Source: an uncultured Verrucomicrobiae bacterium
GTDB lineage: Bacteria; Verrucomicrobiota; Verrucomicrobiia; Chthoniobacterales; UBA10450
Assembly: GCA_963726745.1 (NCBI GenBank)
Contig: CAVSDR010000006.1
Location: forward strand, 832,001-896,000
DNA: 64,000 bases
Direction: 5' to 3'
Part shown: positions 28,993 to 41,049 of the stretch, in pieces
Layout: the number at the start of each line of letters is the position of its first letter
Position numbering within the stretch: position 1 is the stretch's first letter
The notes under the pieces: generated by a model
What the model was told of the DNA's origin: nothing
What the model saw: only the letters and a program-made list of their open reading frames with translations
The model's database searches: none
Program-made: the position numbers and the translations under genes

Positions 28993-30819
28993 ATGCCGTC
29001 CCGTCTGCGACTTCCCAGTCTGCCCGCACTTGCTGAAGGCGGCGCGCTTTTTCTCCTGGTGGCGGCGTTGCTCGCCATCCAGGTGCTCATCGGCGGCACG
29101 CGGATGATCTTTAGCCTGCCGCCTTACCTGCTGGTAAGCGTGGCTGGGTTACTGGCTCTTCTTTCGCTGCGCGCGGCCAAGCCTGCGGCCGATCGCGCCT
29201 GTCTCACAGCGTTCGTTGTTTTCGTGGTCTACGTGCTGGTGCGAGCCGCTTTTTCTCCCGCGCCTTACATTGTTCGCAGTGATGTCTACTCCGCGCTTGC
29301 GGCACTCGTGGTTTACCTCCTGGTCGCACTCGTGCTCACGGGCGCCTCCCAGCGCTTGCTGCTGGTGGGTTGCTTGCTGCTTTTTGCACTCGCGCACGTC
29401 CTCGTTGGCGCCTGGCAGTTCCGGGATGGCAACAATTTCATGCCGATCTCCTGGCTGCAACGCTACGACTACGGAACCCGGGCAAGCGGGTTTTATGTTT
29501 GCCCAAATCACCTCGCGGGCTTGCTGGAGGCGCTCGGGGCGATCGGGCTAAGCATTGTCGCCTGGAGCCGCTGGCCCATCTGGACCAAGTTGCTGGTTGG
29601 TTATGTGGTCGTCTGTTGTTATGCCGGCGTCATCATCACTGGCAGCCGGGGCGGCTACGTGAGCGCGGGGATGGGCCTGCTGGTTTTCGCGCTCCTCAGT
29701 CTGGTGGTCCTGCGCCGGGTCGGCCGGGGATTGTTCTGGAAAATCGGCGGGCTCGGCGCGCTTGCGGCGTTCCTTCTTCTCGCGATTGCGGGCTTTGCGG
29801 TCGCGAAGAACCAATACCTCAGCGGGCGGGCGCAAACCGTGGTGGACACAGAAAATATCCGATTCCAGCTCTGGCAGGCGGCTTTGGAACAATGGCATCT
29901 CCAGCCCCTCGTGGGCACGGGCACCGGGACCTATCTTTACTTTGGCCGGCTCTTCCGCGCTGCGACCATGCAGCGCGACCCGGTTTACGCCCACGGCGAT
30001 TACGTGCATCTGCTCGCAGAGTATGGCGCGCTGGGTGCGGCGGCAGTGGCCGTGGCCCTTTGGCTCCACTTTCGTTCCGGCCTTCGCACCTTCGGAAAAA
30101 TGGGGCCAAAACGCGTCGCCGTCTCGCAGCGTGTGCTGAGCAACGCACTTGCGCTCAACATTGGCGCTCTTGCTGCTTTATCGACCTGTCTGGTGCACTC
30201 GGCTTTAGACTTTAACCTTCACATTCCGGCGAACGCTCTGCTCATGAGCCTGTTCCTCGGCTTGCTCGCGAACGACGGCGTGGTCCGCCTGCGCGAGGAG
30301 GAGAAGCTTCCGCCGCGGGGCACCATCGCCTGGCGTCTCGTCGCTCCGGCCGCGAGCCTCCTCCTGCTGGTGCAAATTGCCCGCCTCCTCCCGGGGGAAT
30401 ATTTCGCAGAGCGCGCGCGTGGAGCCGTGCGCGACCAGCAACCCGCGGTGGCCTTGCATGAAGCCGCCCGCGGCCTGCGATACGATCCGCGAAATCCCGA
30501 CCTCCATTCCTACCTGGGCCAGGCCCGGCTGCAGCTGGGCGATGGGATGGAACATCCGCGGGCCGCGGCTGCGTTTTACCAGGACGCGGTCGAGAATTTT
30601 GCGCGGGCCCATGCGCTGGCCCCGCAAAACGAAGTCTATGGTTTGGAATTAGCCAGCACTTTGGACTCGGTCGGACGGTATCCGGAAGCGGAAGCGATTT
30701 ACCAGCAAACCCTGCAACTCGATCCGCGCTCGGAGAGTTTGCGCCAGGCCTATGAGGGTCACCTTCAGTCCTGGCAGGGCGTTCCCGCCAAGGCGATTGA
30801 AAGCGGGGACAAATCTTGA
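28993..30819 (+). CDS. O-antigen ligase/Wzy-like polymerase with C-terminal TPR
   Basis: RASGFYVCPNHLAG, TGSRGG, R..LW......PLVGTG.G, AHGDYVHLLAEYG, DFNLHIPAN; TPR-like tail. Confidence 0.85.
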   Translation: MPSRLRLPSLPALAEGGALFLLVAALLAIQVLIGGTRMIFSLPPYLLVSVAGLLALLSLRAAKPAADRACLTAFVVFVVYVLVRAAFSPAPYIVRSDVYSALAALVVYLLVALVLTGASQRLLLVGCLLLFALAHVLVGAWQFRDGNNFMPISWLQRYDYGTRASGFYVCPNHLAGLLEALGAIGLSIVAWSRWPIWTKLLVGYVVVCCYAGVIITGSRGGYVSAGMGLLVFALLSLVVLRRVGRGLFWKIGGLGALAAFLLLAIAGFAVAKNQYLSGRAQTVVDTENIRFQLWQAALEQWHLQPLVGTGTGTYLYFGRLFRAATMQRDPVYAHGDYVHLLAEYGALGAAAVAVALWLHFRSGLRTFGKMGPKRVAVSQRVLSNALALNIGALAALSTCLVHSALDFNLHIPANALLMSLFLGLLANDGVVRLREEEKLPPRGTIAWRLVAPAASLLLLVQIARLLPGEYFAERARGAVRDQQPAVALHEAARGLRYDPRNPDLHSYLGQARLQLGDGMEHPRAAAAFYQDAVENFARAHALAPQNEVYGLELASTLDSVGRYPEAEAIYQQTLQLDPRSESLRQAYEGHLQSWQGVPAKAIESGDKS

Positions 30820-30954
30820 AGCGGCCGGCCACTTACGCTGAAAATGCGGGAGAAAAAGATTGCTGCCTATTTTTGACACGTCTACGCTGCGGGCCGCGGG
30901 ACGCTCGCGCCTCTGTAAGGGCGAAGGTTTTGCGCTAAGATTTGACGAGAAACT

Positions 30955-32262
30955 ATGAAACTGATCCACACTTTGAAGCTTGCTCCAGCACTCCTCGTCT
31001 GCGCATTGACCCTCGCCTCGCAGCAGGGTGTCTTCGCCGGCGGCGAAGGCTTTAGCGCCAGCGCTTACGACAGCAAGCAAACCTTCGACACCAAGTCGTC
31101 GGATGTCGGTTTGGGCAAGTTCTCGGCCAATCCTTTCCACGTCACGGTTTCCGTCCGCGGCGGTTACGACGACAACGTCAACCTCTCGACGGTGAACGCG
31201 CACGATTCCTTTTTCACCAACGCTGCCATCGGCCTGACCTACGATTTTGGCAGCCCGCGCACCCGCATCAGCCTGACCACCGGTGCCAGCGGCACGTATT
31301 ACTGGGATAACGGCAACAACGGCTTCGGCACGAACTCCGATGACTTTGTCTTCAACGCCTACCTCGGGTTCAATATCACCCACCGCGCCACTCCGCGCCT
31401 GACCCTCGCGGCCGCGGTGAACGCGGCTTACCTGACACGCCCGGGCTTCGATACCTTCAACAACAACGCCTTCACCGTCGATAGCCGCAGCCAGAATTAC
31501 TTCCAGCTCTCGAGCAAGCATTCCGTCGCTTACGCCTGGACGCCGCGCTTCTCCACCGTCACCAGCTACACCCTCGGCTACGTCAATTACGATGACGACG
31601 TGATCAGCTTCTTCGAGGACCGCTTCGAGCACACCTTCGGCAACGAATTCCGCTTTCTCATCATGCCGACGACGACCATCGTGGCCGAATATCGCTACGG
31701 CATTGTCAATTATGTCGACGACAACAACCGGGATTCCACGTCGCACTTTTTCCTCGCTGGCGTGGACCACAGCTTTAGCCCGCGTTTCAACGTCTCCGCC
31801 CGCGGCGGCGTGGAAGTGCGCGAGTTCAGCGACCCAGGCGTCCGCTTCGGCAATGTCGACACCTCCCGCACCGCTCCTTACGCCGAGGCGACTTTGAATT
31901 ATGCGATCGCGCAAAGCACCTCGCTGACTGCCTTTGCCCGCTACTCGCTCGAGCAGCCGAATGTGCCGGATGCCCTCAGCCGCGAGACCTTCCGCACCTC
32001 GCTCGCGCTGAAGCACAACTTCACCGCGCGCATTAGCACGCAGCTGGCCGTGGCCTACCAGCACGATCAATACGACCAGACGATCAACAACGCGGCCTTC
32101 GACGAAGATGCTTTCGATATCTCGCTCTCCGCGCGTTACGCGATCACCCGGAACTGGACCTTCGACCTGGGCTACACGCACAGCGAAGTCATCTCGCCGG
32201 CGGCCCTTTTCCGCGATTACTCCCGCAATCAGTATTACGCGGGCGTGACCTTCCTCTGGTAG
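30955..32262 (+). CDS. outer membrane beta-barrel protein of an EPS locus (BBP2-like)
   Basis: Signal peptide, GYDDNV, alternating beta-strand pattern, DYSRNQYYAGVTFLW C-terminus; adjacent to wzc/wza. Confidence 0.8.
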   Translation: MKLIHTLKLAPALLVCALTLASQQGVFAGGEGFSASAYDSKQTFDTKSSDVGLGKFSANPFHVTVSVRGGYDDNVNLSTVNAHDSFFTNAAIGLTYDFGSPRTRISLTTGASGTYYWDNGNNGFGTNSDDFVFNAYLGFNITHRATPRLTLAAAVNAAYLTRPGFDTFNNNAFTVDSRSQNYFQLSSKHSVAYAWTPRFSTVTSYTLGYVNYDDDVISFFEDRFEHTFGNEFRFLIMPTTTIVAEYRYGIVNYVDDNNRDSTSHFFLAGVDHSFSPRFNVSARGGVEVREFSDPGVRFGNVDTSRTAPYAEATLNYAIAQSTSLTAFARYSLEQPNVPDALSRETFRTSLALKHNFTARISTQLAVAYQHDQYDQTINNAAFDEDAFDISLSARYAITRNWTFDLGYTHSEVISPAALFRDYSRNQYYAGVTFLW

Positions 32263-32335
32263 GGAGTGTGGCGGCTGCGCCGCTTTGCTTCTGACGGTTT
32301 TCAAGGTAGCATAGCTGCCCCCCACCTCATTTCTT

Positions 32336-34492
32336 ATGGCCCATTCCGAAGAAGCTAAACTGCACTTTCTCGACTACTGGAGAGTCATCCGCGTCCGTTG
32401 GGTGCTCATCCTCCTGGCCTTCTTCCTGGTCCTCCTCACGGCTGCGGTGGTGACCTATTTTCAGCCGCGCGAGTATCAGTCTTCCGTCTTCATCGAGGTC
32501 CGCTCGACCGCGCAGAATCCACGCATTTTCTCGACCGGCGACCCGAACATGCCGATCCACGATCCGCAGCTTGCTCCAACCGTTTTCCAGGTCATCCAGC
32601 GGACGGGCGTGCTTTATCCGGTGATCGAAGACCTCCGCCTGCAGGACAAATGGGCCAAGGGCGGCTTCCGGCCCTCGCGCGAGCAGGCTTACCAGCGCCT
32701 CCGCAGCAAGCTCAACGTCGATGAAGTGCGCAACACCGACCTTCTCCAAATCAGCGTCCTGAGCACCGATCCGCAGGAAGCCGCGGATATAGCCAACAAG
32801 ATCGTGGCCGTCTACCAGGAGACGCGCGTTCAGGAAGAGAAGGAAATCCTTAATCGCGCCCTCGCGAGCATGAATGAGGAAGTCGGGAAGCAGCAGAAAA
32901 AAGTCGACGACTCCGCTACGGAAGTCGCCCGTATCCGCGATCAGGAGGGCATCGTCGACCTGAACCCTGAAGGCACCGAGGACACGCAGACTCCGTTGAA
33001 TACCATCGTGCTCAAGCAAGGGGCGGAAGTGAACGACGCCGAGACCAAGGCCGCCAATCTGGTCAACCAACTCGAGCAAATCAAGAATGTCACCGGCGAC
33101 GACCTCATGCGGATGATGCCGACGTTGAATATCCAGGATCCGACGGTGCTCAAGATTCTCCCGGTCTACCAGGAAGCGGTCGCGCAGGAAGCACTGCTCT
33201 TGAACTCCGGGCTTGGGGAAAATCACCCGAAGGTCAAAGCCTTGCGCGCACAGAAAGACGTCTACACGAAGCAACTCGAAGGGCAGGTCGCGATCATCCG
33301 CAGCGCGCTCGAGAAGAACGTGCAGAGCGCGCAGTCTAATGTCGAAGAGCTTCGCAAGCGCCTGGAGGAAATCAATCAGAAGCAGCTGAGCAGCAAAAAC
33401 CTCAGCGCCACCTACACCCGCGCGAAGAACAATTACATCAAGGAGAAGCTCCTTCTCGATAGCGTCCGCGCCCGCGCACAGACCCAGACGATGGAACTCG
33501 CGATGCCGCGCATGGCCGTGAGCGTGAAGCAGGTCGCCGAGCCGGCGAGCTATCCTTCGCGGCCGCGGGTTTCGCTCAACCTCGCGCTCGGCGCGCTTGT
33601 TGGCCTCGTTGTCGGCCTCGGCCTCGCCTTCTTCATCGAGTATCTCGACACCAGCGTGAAGACGATGGAAGACGTCGAGAGCCTTCTCGGCGTGCCCGTG
33701 CTCGCGATCATTCCGAAGAACATCAAGCTCCTGCACAAAGAGGCGGGCGACACCCCGGATGCCGAGGCCTATCGCATCCTGCGCACGAACATTGAATTCA
33801 ACCGCAAGAACCCCGAGGCCAACGCCATCTCCATGGTCAGCGGCGGCCCGGGCGAAGGGAAATCCACCACGCTGGCTAATTTGGCTTTCACCTCCGCGCA
33901 GGGCGGCTACACCACTTTGATCGTCGACGCCGATCTTCGCCGTCCGGTGCAGCATTCCTTCTGGGATGTGAGCAACAAAGTTGGCCTAACGAACTATCTC
34001 ACCACCGACATCCCGCTGGAGGACGTGATCCTGCCGACGACGGTGGAGAATCTCTCCATCCTCCCCAGCGGCATCCTGCCGGCTGATGCTGTCGGCATCC
34101 TCAATTCTCAGCGCATGTCCGACATGATCGCGGAGTTGAAGACCCGTTACGACATCGTCTTCTTCGATTCCCCACCAATGCTCGGCGTGAGTGATGCCTC
34201 CGTGCTCGCGAGCGAAGTCGACCAGACGATCATGGTGGTGCAACATCGCCGCTTCCCGCGCGCTATGCTCAGCCGGGTGAAGCAAGCCGTGCTCGGCGTC
34301 GGTGGCACCGTTCTCGGTGTCGTCTTGAACAACGTCGACCTGAAGCACGACCAGAACTACTACTACTACACCAACTACTACGGCTACTACACGCCGCGCG
34401 AGGGCGAGAAGAAGGGCGGCCGCGAATCGCGCCGCACCGCTTCGACTACGACCACTGCGAGCAATGGTTACTCCGATGGAGAGGAATACTAA
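32336..34492 (+). CDS. wzc: polysaccharide co-polymerase / tyrosine autokinase (Wzc-like)
   Basis: Two TM helices flanking a coiled coil, EAYRILRTN, GEGKST, VDADLRRP, FDSPP, C-terminal Tyr cluster YYYYTNYYGYY. Confidence 0.92.
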   Translation: MAHSEEAKLHFLDYWRVIRVRWVLILLAFFLVLLTAAVVTYFQPREYQSSVFIEVRSTAQNPRIFSTGDPNMPIHDPQLAPTVFQVIQRTGVLYPVIEDLRLQDKWAKGGFRPSREQAYQRLRSKLNVDEVRNTDLLQISVLSTDPQEAADIANKIVAVYQETRVQEEKEILNRALASMNEEVGKQQKKVDDSATEVARIRDQEGIVDLNPEGTEDTQTPLNTIVLKQGAEVNDAETKAANLVNQLEQIKNVTGDDLMRMMPTLNIQDPTVLKILPVYQEAVAQEALLLNSGLGENHPKVKALRAQKDVYTKQLEGQVAIIRSALEKNVQSAQSNVEELRKRLEEINQKQLSSKNLSATYTRAKNNYIKEKLLLDSVRARAQTQTMELAMPRMAVSVKQVAEPASYPSRPRVSLNLALGALVGLVVGLGLAFFIEYLDTSVKTMEDVESLLGVPVLAIIPKNIKLLHKEAGDTPDAEAYRILRTNIEFNRKNPEANAISMVSGGPGEGKSTTLANLAFTSAQGGYTTLIVDADLRRPVQHSFWDVSNKVGLTNYLTTDIPLEDVILPTTVENLSILPSGILPADAVGILNSQRMSDMIAELKTRYDIVFFDSPPMLGVSDASVLASEVDQTIMVVQHRRFPRAMLSRVKQAVLGVGGTVLGVVLNNVDLKHDQNYYYYTNYYGYYTPREGEKKGGRESRRTASTTTTASNGYSDGEEY

Positions 34493-34493
34493 A

Positions 34494-35045
34494 ATGCGCC
34501 GCCTCGCTTCCGTCTTTTTCCTGCTGCTGGCTTTCGCCTTTACCGCGCGCGGTCAGGCGACTTTGCGCGTCGGCGATCCGATCGACTTGAAGGTGGCCGG
34601 CGTGCCCGCCGAGGAACAGGCCCAGCTAAACAACACCTACACCGTCGACAGCACCGGCTCGGTCAACTTGCCTTACATCAACAAAGTTCGCGCCGAAGGT
34701 CTCACGCCATCGCAGCTCGCCTCCGCGATCGAGCAGACCTATCGCTCGAATAAAATTTACACCAACCCCACGATCACCGCGGTCATGCAGCCAACCGCTC
34801 GTTTCGTGAATGTCGGTGGCGCTGTGCGCAATCCTTCCCGCGTTCCCTTCACCGAAGACATCACCCTTCTTGCCGCGATCAATGCCGCCGGCGGCTTCAA
34901 TGATTTCGCCGATCAGCGGAAAGTCCGCGTCCTGCGCGGGAGCAAAGTGCAGGTCTTCGACGTGCGCGAATCCCGTCGCGATCCGTCCAAGGATCTCAAG
35001 CTCCAGCCGGGCGATCGCGTGGAAGTCCCGCAGAGCTTCTTCTAA
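34494..35045 (+). CDS. polysaccharide export protein (Wza-like, Poly_export + SLBB)
   Basis: LRVGD, VDSTGSVNLPYI, VGGAVRNP, AINAAGGF, LQPGDRVEVP. Confidence 0.88.
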   Translation: MRRLASVFFLLLAFAFTARGQATLRVGDPIDLKVAGVPAEEQAQLNNTYTVDSTGSVNLPYINKVRAEGLTPSQLASAIEQTYRSNKIYTNPTITAVMQPTARFVNVGGAVRNPSRVPFTEDITLLAAINAAGGFNDFADQRKVRVLRGSKVQVFDVRESRRDPSKDLKLQPGDRVEVPQSFF

Positions 35046-35058
35046 ACGAAGTCGCTGT

Positions 35059-35637
35059 CTATTCGTCGGTCGCAATGACCGCGCGGTGCCGCCAGGCGTA
35101 GCCCAGGCCCGAGTAGAGCGTCAGGATCACGGTCACCCACAGCAGCAGCGTGCCGCCGATGTTCCAGGCGCGGCGCCACCAGTCATTCCCGTGGCTGGCT
35201 AATCCCAGCTCGAGCGAGGCCAGGAGCACCAGGAAAAAAATCACCGTGATGATCTGCCAGGACGTCTTGTGTTTCCCCAGTCGCTCCGCGCCGAGCACCT
35301 GGCCCTTCGAGCTCGCGACCAAGCGCAGGCCGGTAATGAGGAACTCGCGCGAAACGATGATTGTCGCCGCCCAAGCCGGGATCGCCTTCAGCGGCACCAG
35401 CGAGATAAACGCCGCCGCGATCATGATCTTGTCGACTAACGGATCCATCAGCTTCCCGAAATTGGTCACGTAGGAATAACGCCGCGCGATCTCGCCATCG
35501 AAGTAATCCGTGATTCCGGCAATCGCGAAGAGCACCAGCGCGATCGTGTGTCCGTAGGGCCAGTCCGAGTTCAGCGCCGCCACGAAGAAAATCGTCAACC
35601 CCAGTCGGCTCAGGGTCAGTCGGTTTGCCCAATTCAT
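35059..35637 (-). CDS. pgsA: CDP-diacylglycerol--glycerol-3-phosphate 3-phosphatidyltransferase
   Basis: NRLTLSR, TDYFDGEIAR, FGKLMDPLVDK, REFLITGLR, GKHKT. Confidence 0.93.
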   Translation of the reverse strand: MNWANRLTLSRLGLTIFFVAALNSDWPYGHTIALVLFAIAGITDYFDGEIARRYSYVTNFGKLMDPLVDKIMIAAAFISLVPLKAIPAWAATIIVSREFLITGLRLVASSKGQVLGAERLGKHKTSWQIITVIFFLVLLASLELGLASHGNDWWRRAWNIGGTLLLWVTVILTLYSGLGYAWRHRAVIATDE

Positions 35638-36056
35638 GCCGCCGAAGAAATCTTCCCCTCAGCCGCGCAGGCCACCCGTGGGTGCTTCCAGATCGGCGCG
35701 CGTTTTTTTAATTCATCCACGATCCAAACGCTCCCGCGAAACGCGGCCGCGCGATGCCGGCTGCCCACCCGCACCAGGAGCGACGCTTCCTCCACCGGCA
35801 CGAAGCCCAGGCGGTGCTGCACCAGCACCAGGCTCAGGTCGAACTGCCGCGCTGCTTCCTCCGCCAAGGCCCGCAGTTGATGCTCCGCCATCGCGCGATG
35901 CGCCTCGTACTCGATTCCGCTCAGCTCCTCCTCGCCCTCGGTCTTGCGAACTACGCCCCAGAAATCCACCAGCGCGCCCGTTTCCGCGGCGAGCGCATTC
36001 TCCGGCAGCGCAAGCGGCTCCTCCGTCAACAAAACGTCGCAGACTTGCGCGGGCAT
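35634..36056 (-). CDS. moaE: molybdopterin synthase catalytic subunit
   Basis: [36 protein letters not shown]. Confidence 0.9.
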   Translation of the reverse strand: MPAQVCDVLLTEEPLALPENALAAETGALVDFWGVVRKTEGEEELSGIEYEAHRAMAEHQLRALAEEAARQFDLSLVLVQHRLGFVPVEEASLLVRVGSRHRAAAFRGSVWIVDELKKRAPIWKHPRVACAAEGKISSAA

Positions 36057-36114
36057 GCGTGGTAGATACGGGCAGGATTTCCGGTCAAAGCTTGGCCATC
36101 AGGAGAAACGCAAA

Positions 36115-37593
<1,479 letters not shown>

Positions 37594-37597
37594 TCGC

Positions 37598-37822
37598 ATG
37601 ACCTACATCTACGAAACCACCGATCCCTCGAAGCCGATCCGCCGCTTCGAGGTCCAGCAAAGCATGAAGGACGAGCCGCTCCGCGTCGATCCGCAGACCG
37701 GCGAAGCGGTGCGCCGCGTCATTACCGGCGGCTCCGGCGTGCTCGTGCCCGGCGGCTCCGCGGGTCCCTCGGTCGGCTCCGTCGGGTCGCACGGTTGCGG
37801 CTCGGGCTGCGGCTGCGGCTAG
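37598..37822 (+). CDS. small FmdB-like (zinc-ribbon family) protein
   Basis: TYIYE...FEVQQSMKDEPL..P.TG..VRRVITGG and C-terminal GCGSGCGC. Confidence 0.7.
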   Translation: MTYIYETTDPSKPIRRFEVQQSMKDEPLRVDPQTGEAVRRVITGGSGVLVPGGSAGPSVGSVGSHGCGSGCGCG

Positions 37823-37828
37823 CACTCG

Positions 37829-40800
37829 TTAGTGGAAGTCGTGCGACTCGCTCCCGCGGAAGCTGGCCTGCGCCAGCGGCTCGATCGTGCGCGCCTTGAT
37901 CAGGATGACGTTGTCGTTGTTCTGCACCTCGCCGGTGATCCGCAGGAACGGCTCCTCCGTGATTAGCAGCCGCAGCTTCTCGAAGAGGTCGGGCGTCACG
38001 ATCGCATTCGAGACGCCGGTCTCGTCTTCCAGGCTGATGAAGACAAAACCTTTCGCCGTCCCGGGCCGCTGGCGGCAAATAACGTTGCCGGCGATCTCCA
38101 CCGTCGCTCCATGCCGGGCCTGGATCAGATCGCTGGCGCGCCAGGCGTTCGGCAGGTCTGCCCGGAGCAATTTCATCGGGTGCGGACCAGTCGTTAGGCT
38201 CATGGTTTCGTAATCCGCCTGCACCCGTTCCGGCATGGTCATGGGCAGGAGCGGCGATTCTTCCTTCTTTGCGCGGCCGCGCCGGCGCTGGGCGAAGAGC
38301 GGCGCCGGCGGTTGCTCCTCCACTTCCCAGAGCGCGTTCCGGCGATGGTCGCTAAAGCAGTTGAGCGCGCCGACGAGCGCGAGCGTGCGCAAGGTCTCCT
38401 GCGGCAGCGGAAGTCGCTGTCTAAAATCCTCCAGCGACTCAAAGGCCGCGGTTTCCCGTTGCCGCACGAGGGCGACCACGTGCTCCTCTCGCAGGCCGCG
38501 GACCACGCAAAAGCCCAGGCGAATCGTCTCGTGGTCGATCACCTGGCAGCCCCAGCCAGAATCGCGCACGGAAACAGGCAGCACTTTCAACCCGTGCCGG
38601 ACGGCGTCTTTCACGATCGTGGCCGGCGAGTAAAAACCCATCGGCTGGTTGTTGATCAGGCTGGCGTAAAACTCCGCCGCGCGATGCACCTTCAAGTAGG
38701 CGCTGCCGTAGGCGAGGATGGCGAAGCTGATCGCGTGCGACTCCGGGAAGCCGTAAAGCGCAAAGGAGGTGATCGATTGCAGGATGCGCTCGATCGCTTC
38801 CGGCGCGACCTGGTTCCGCTCCATCGCGCGCCGCAGCTTGACGCTGACTTTGTTCATCCGCTCCTGCGAACGGTGGAAGCTGAGCGCGCGCCGCAGCTCC
38901 TCTGCTTCCTCGCCGGAGAAGTTCGCCATGATCATCGCGATCTTAAGCAACTGCTCCTGGAAGAGCGGCACGCCGAGGGTGCGGCCGAGGATCGGCTTGA
39001 GGCGGTCGTCAAAATAAGTCACCGGCTCCTTGCCCGCGCGCCGCGCGAGATACGGATGGACCATGTCGCCCTGGATCGGGCCCGGTCGAATAATCGCGAC
39101 CTCGATCACGACATCGTAGAAACACTTCGGCTTCATCCGCGGGAGCGTGGCCATCTGCGCGCGGCTCTCGATCTGGAAAACGCCGATCGTGTCCGCCTGC
39201 TGCATGATCGCGAACGTCTGCGCGTCATCCTTCGGGATGTGCGCCAGGTCGAGCGGCCGCCCGCGTTCCCGGCAAAGCTCGAAGGCATCCTGCATCACCG
39301 CCATCATCCCCAGGCCTAACAAGTCCACCTTCACGATCCCGAGGTCCTCGCAGTCGTCCTTGTCCCACTGCGCGACCACGCGCCCGGGCATGGAGGCATT
39401 CTCCAGCGGGACGAACGAACTCAGCTTTCCCTGGCAGATGATCATCCCGCCGGAGTGCTGCCCGAGATGGCGCGGCAGGCCGTAGATCGATTCGTAGAGC
39501 CGGACGAACGCCGGCATCCGCGGATGCGCCTTCGGCAAACCGGCCTGCTCGATCTGCGCGGTCAGGTCGAGGGTGTGCGGGAAGTCGCCATTCGCGAAAA
39601 GGTGCGAGAAACGCTCGAGGATGCCGGGCGAAAAATTGAGCGCTTTCCCGATCTCGCGCGCTGCGCTCCGGCCGCGGTAGCTGATCACGTTCGCGGTCAT
39701 GGCCGCGCCGTGTTTCCCATAGCGCCGGTAAACTTCCTGGATCACGCGCTCGCGCCGGTCGCCACTCGGCAGATCGAGATCGATGTCCGGCCAGCCTTTG
39801 CGGCTCTCGTTCAGGAAACGCTCGAAGACGAGGTGATTCGAGACCGGATCGACCGGGGTAATCCCGAGGCAATAGCAGACCGCGCTGTTGGCCGCGCTCC
39901 CGCGCCCCTGGACCATGATCCCCTGCTCGCGACAGAAATTGACGATGTCCCAGACGATCAGGAAATAGCCGGAGAACCCGAGCTTCGCGATCAGCGCGAG
40001 CTCTTCGTTGATCTTCTCCTTCACCGCGCGGCTCATCGCCTCGTAACGCTGCTGCGCGCCGAAAAGCGTGATCGTGCGCAGGAAGGAATCCATGTCGTGC
40101 CCCGCCGGCACGGGGAACTGCGGGAACTCGTAGCCGATGTTCTCGAGCGAGAATTGCAGCCGGTCGGCTAAACGCTCGGTGTTCGTGATCGCCTCCGGCA
40201 AATCGCGAAAGAGCGCACGCATTTCCCGGTCGCTCTTCAGATGGCGCTCGGCATTTTGCGTGAGCAAGGTGCCGGCCGCGTCGAGGTGCGTATGCGCGCG
40301 CATGCAGGTGAAAACATCCAGCGCCTCGCGTCCGCGCGCGGTGGCGTATTGCACGCCATTGGTGGCGAGGAGCGGGAGGCGGAACTGCCCCGCGAGATCG
40401 CGGAGCGCGCGGTTTCTCCGCTCTTCGCCGCGCACGAAATGCCGCTGCAGCTCCACGTAGACATTCTCCTGGCCTAACGAGTCGATGAGCCGCTGGGCGT
40501 AGCCTGCCGAGCGCTTGGGGAGCGCAGGCTGCCAGCCTGCTGGCCGCGGCAGCTTGCCGCGACCGCGGAGTGGTAGCCCCCACCGAGAGCGCTGGTTTAT
40601 CTTCCCGTGTTTCCGGCAGGCTGCCGGAAACGGCAGGCTGGCAGCCTGCGCTCCCCGGATTCCCCAGCAAGGCCACCAATCCGTCGGCAAATTCCCGGAG
40701 CTCGCTCCAGCGCACCGCGCACTCGCCTTTCACCTCGCTCCGAAGATGCGCCTCGGTCAGGAGTGAACAGAGATTCCCGTAGCCGGCCTTGGATTTCACC

Positions 40801-41033
40801 AGCACCGGAAGCACGCTCCCGTCTTCCATGCTCAGCTCCGCGCCGACGATCGCGCGCGTCCCCTGCTCGCGCGCTGCGACCGCTGCGCGCTGCGAACCGT
40901 AAACGCCGTTGCGATCGAGCACGGCCAGCGCCGGCATCTCCAGCTGGGCAGCGGTCTCCGCGAGTTGCTCGGGAAAGGAAGCGCCGCGCAGGAAGCTGAA
41001 GGCGCTGCAGGCGTGGAGTTCGACGTAAGCCAT
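37829..41033 (-). CDS. dnaE2: error-prone DNA polymerase DnaE2/ImuC; contains a palindromic insertion and one frameshift near 40580
   Basis: ELHACSAFSFLRG PHP start, GRGSAANS, PDIDLD, PRHLGQHSGG, FQIESRAQ, YGFPESHA, RQRPGTAKG, C-terminal SHDFH. Confidence 0.93.
40517..40656. repeat. REP/MITE-like palindromic element inside dnaE2
   Basis: Perfect 24-bp terminal inverted repeats ggggagcgcaggctgccagcctgc / gcaggctggcagcctgcgctcccc, plus internal hairpins gcggcagcttgccgc and tttccggcaggctgccggaaa. Confidence 0.85.
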
Positions 41034-41049
41034 GATCTCGCGCCGCTCG

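Noticed and set aside
34355..34392. (TAC)n-like microsatellite
   Set aside because: Encodes the normal Wzc C-terminal tyrosine cluster.
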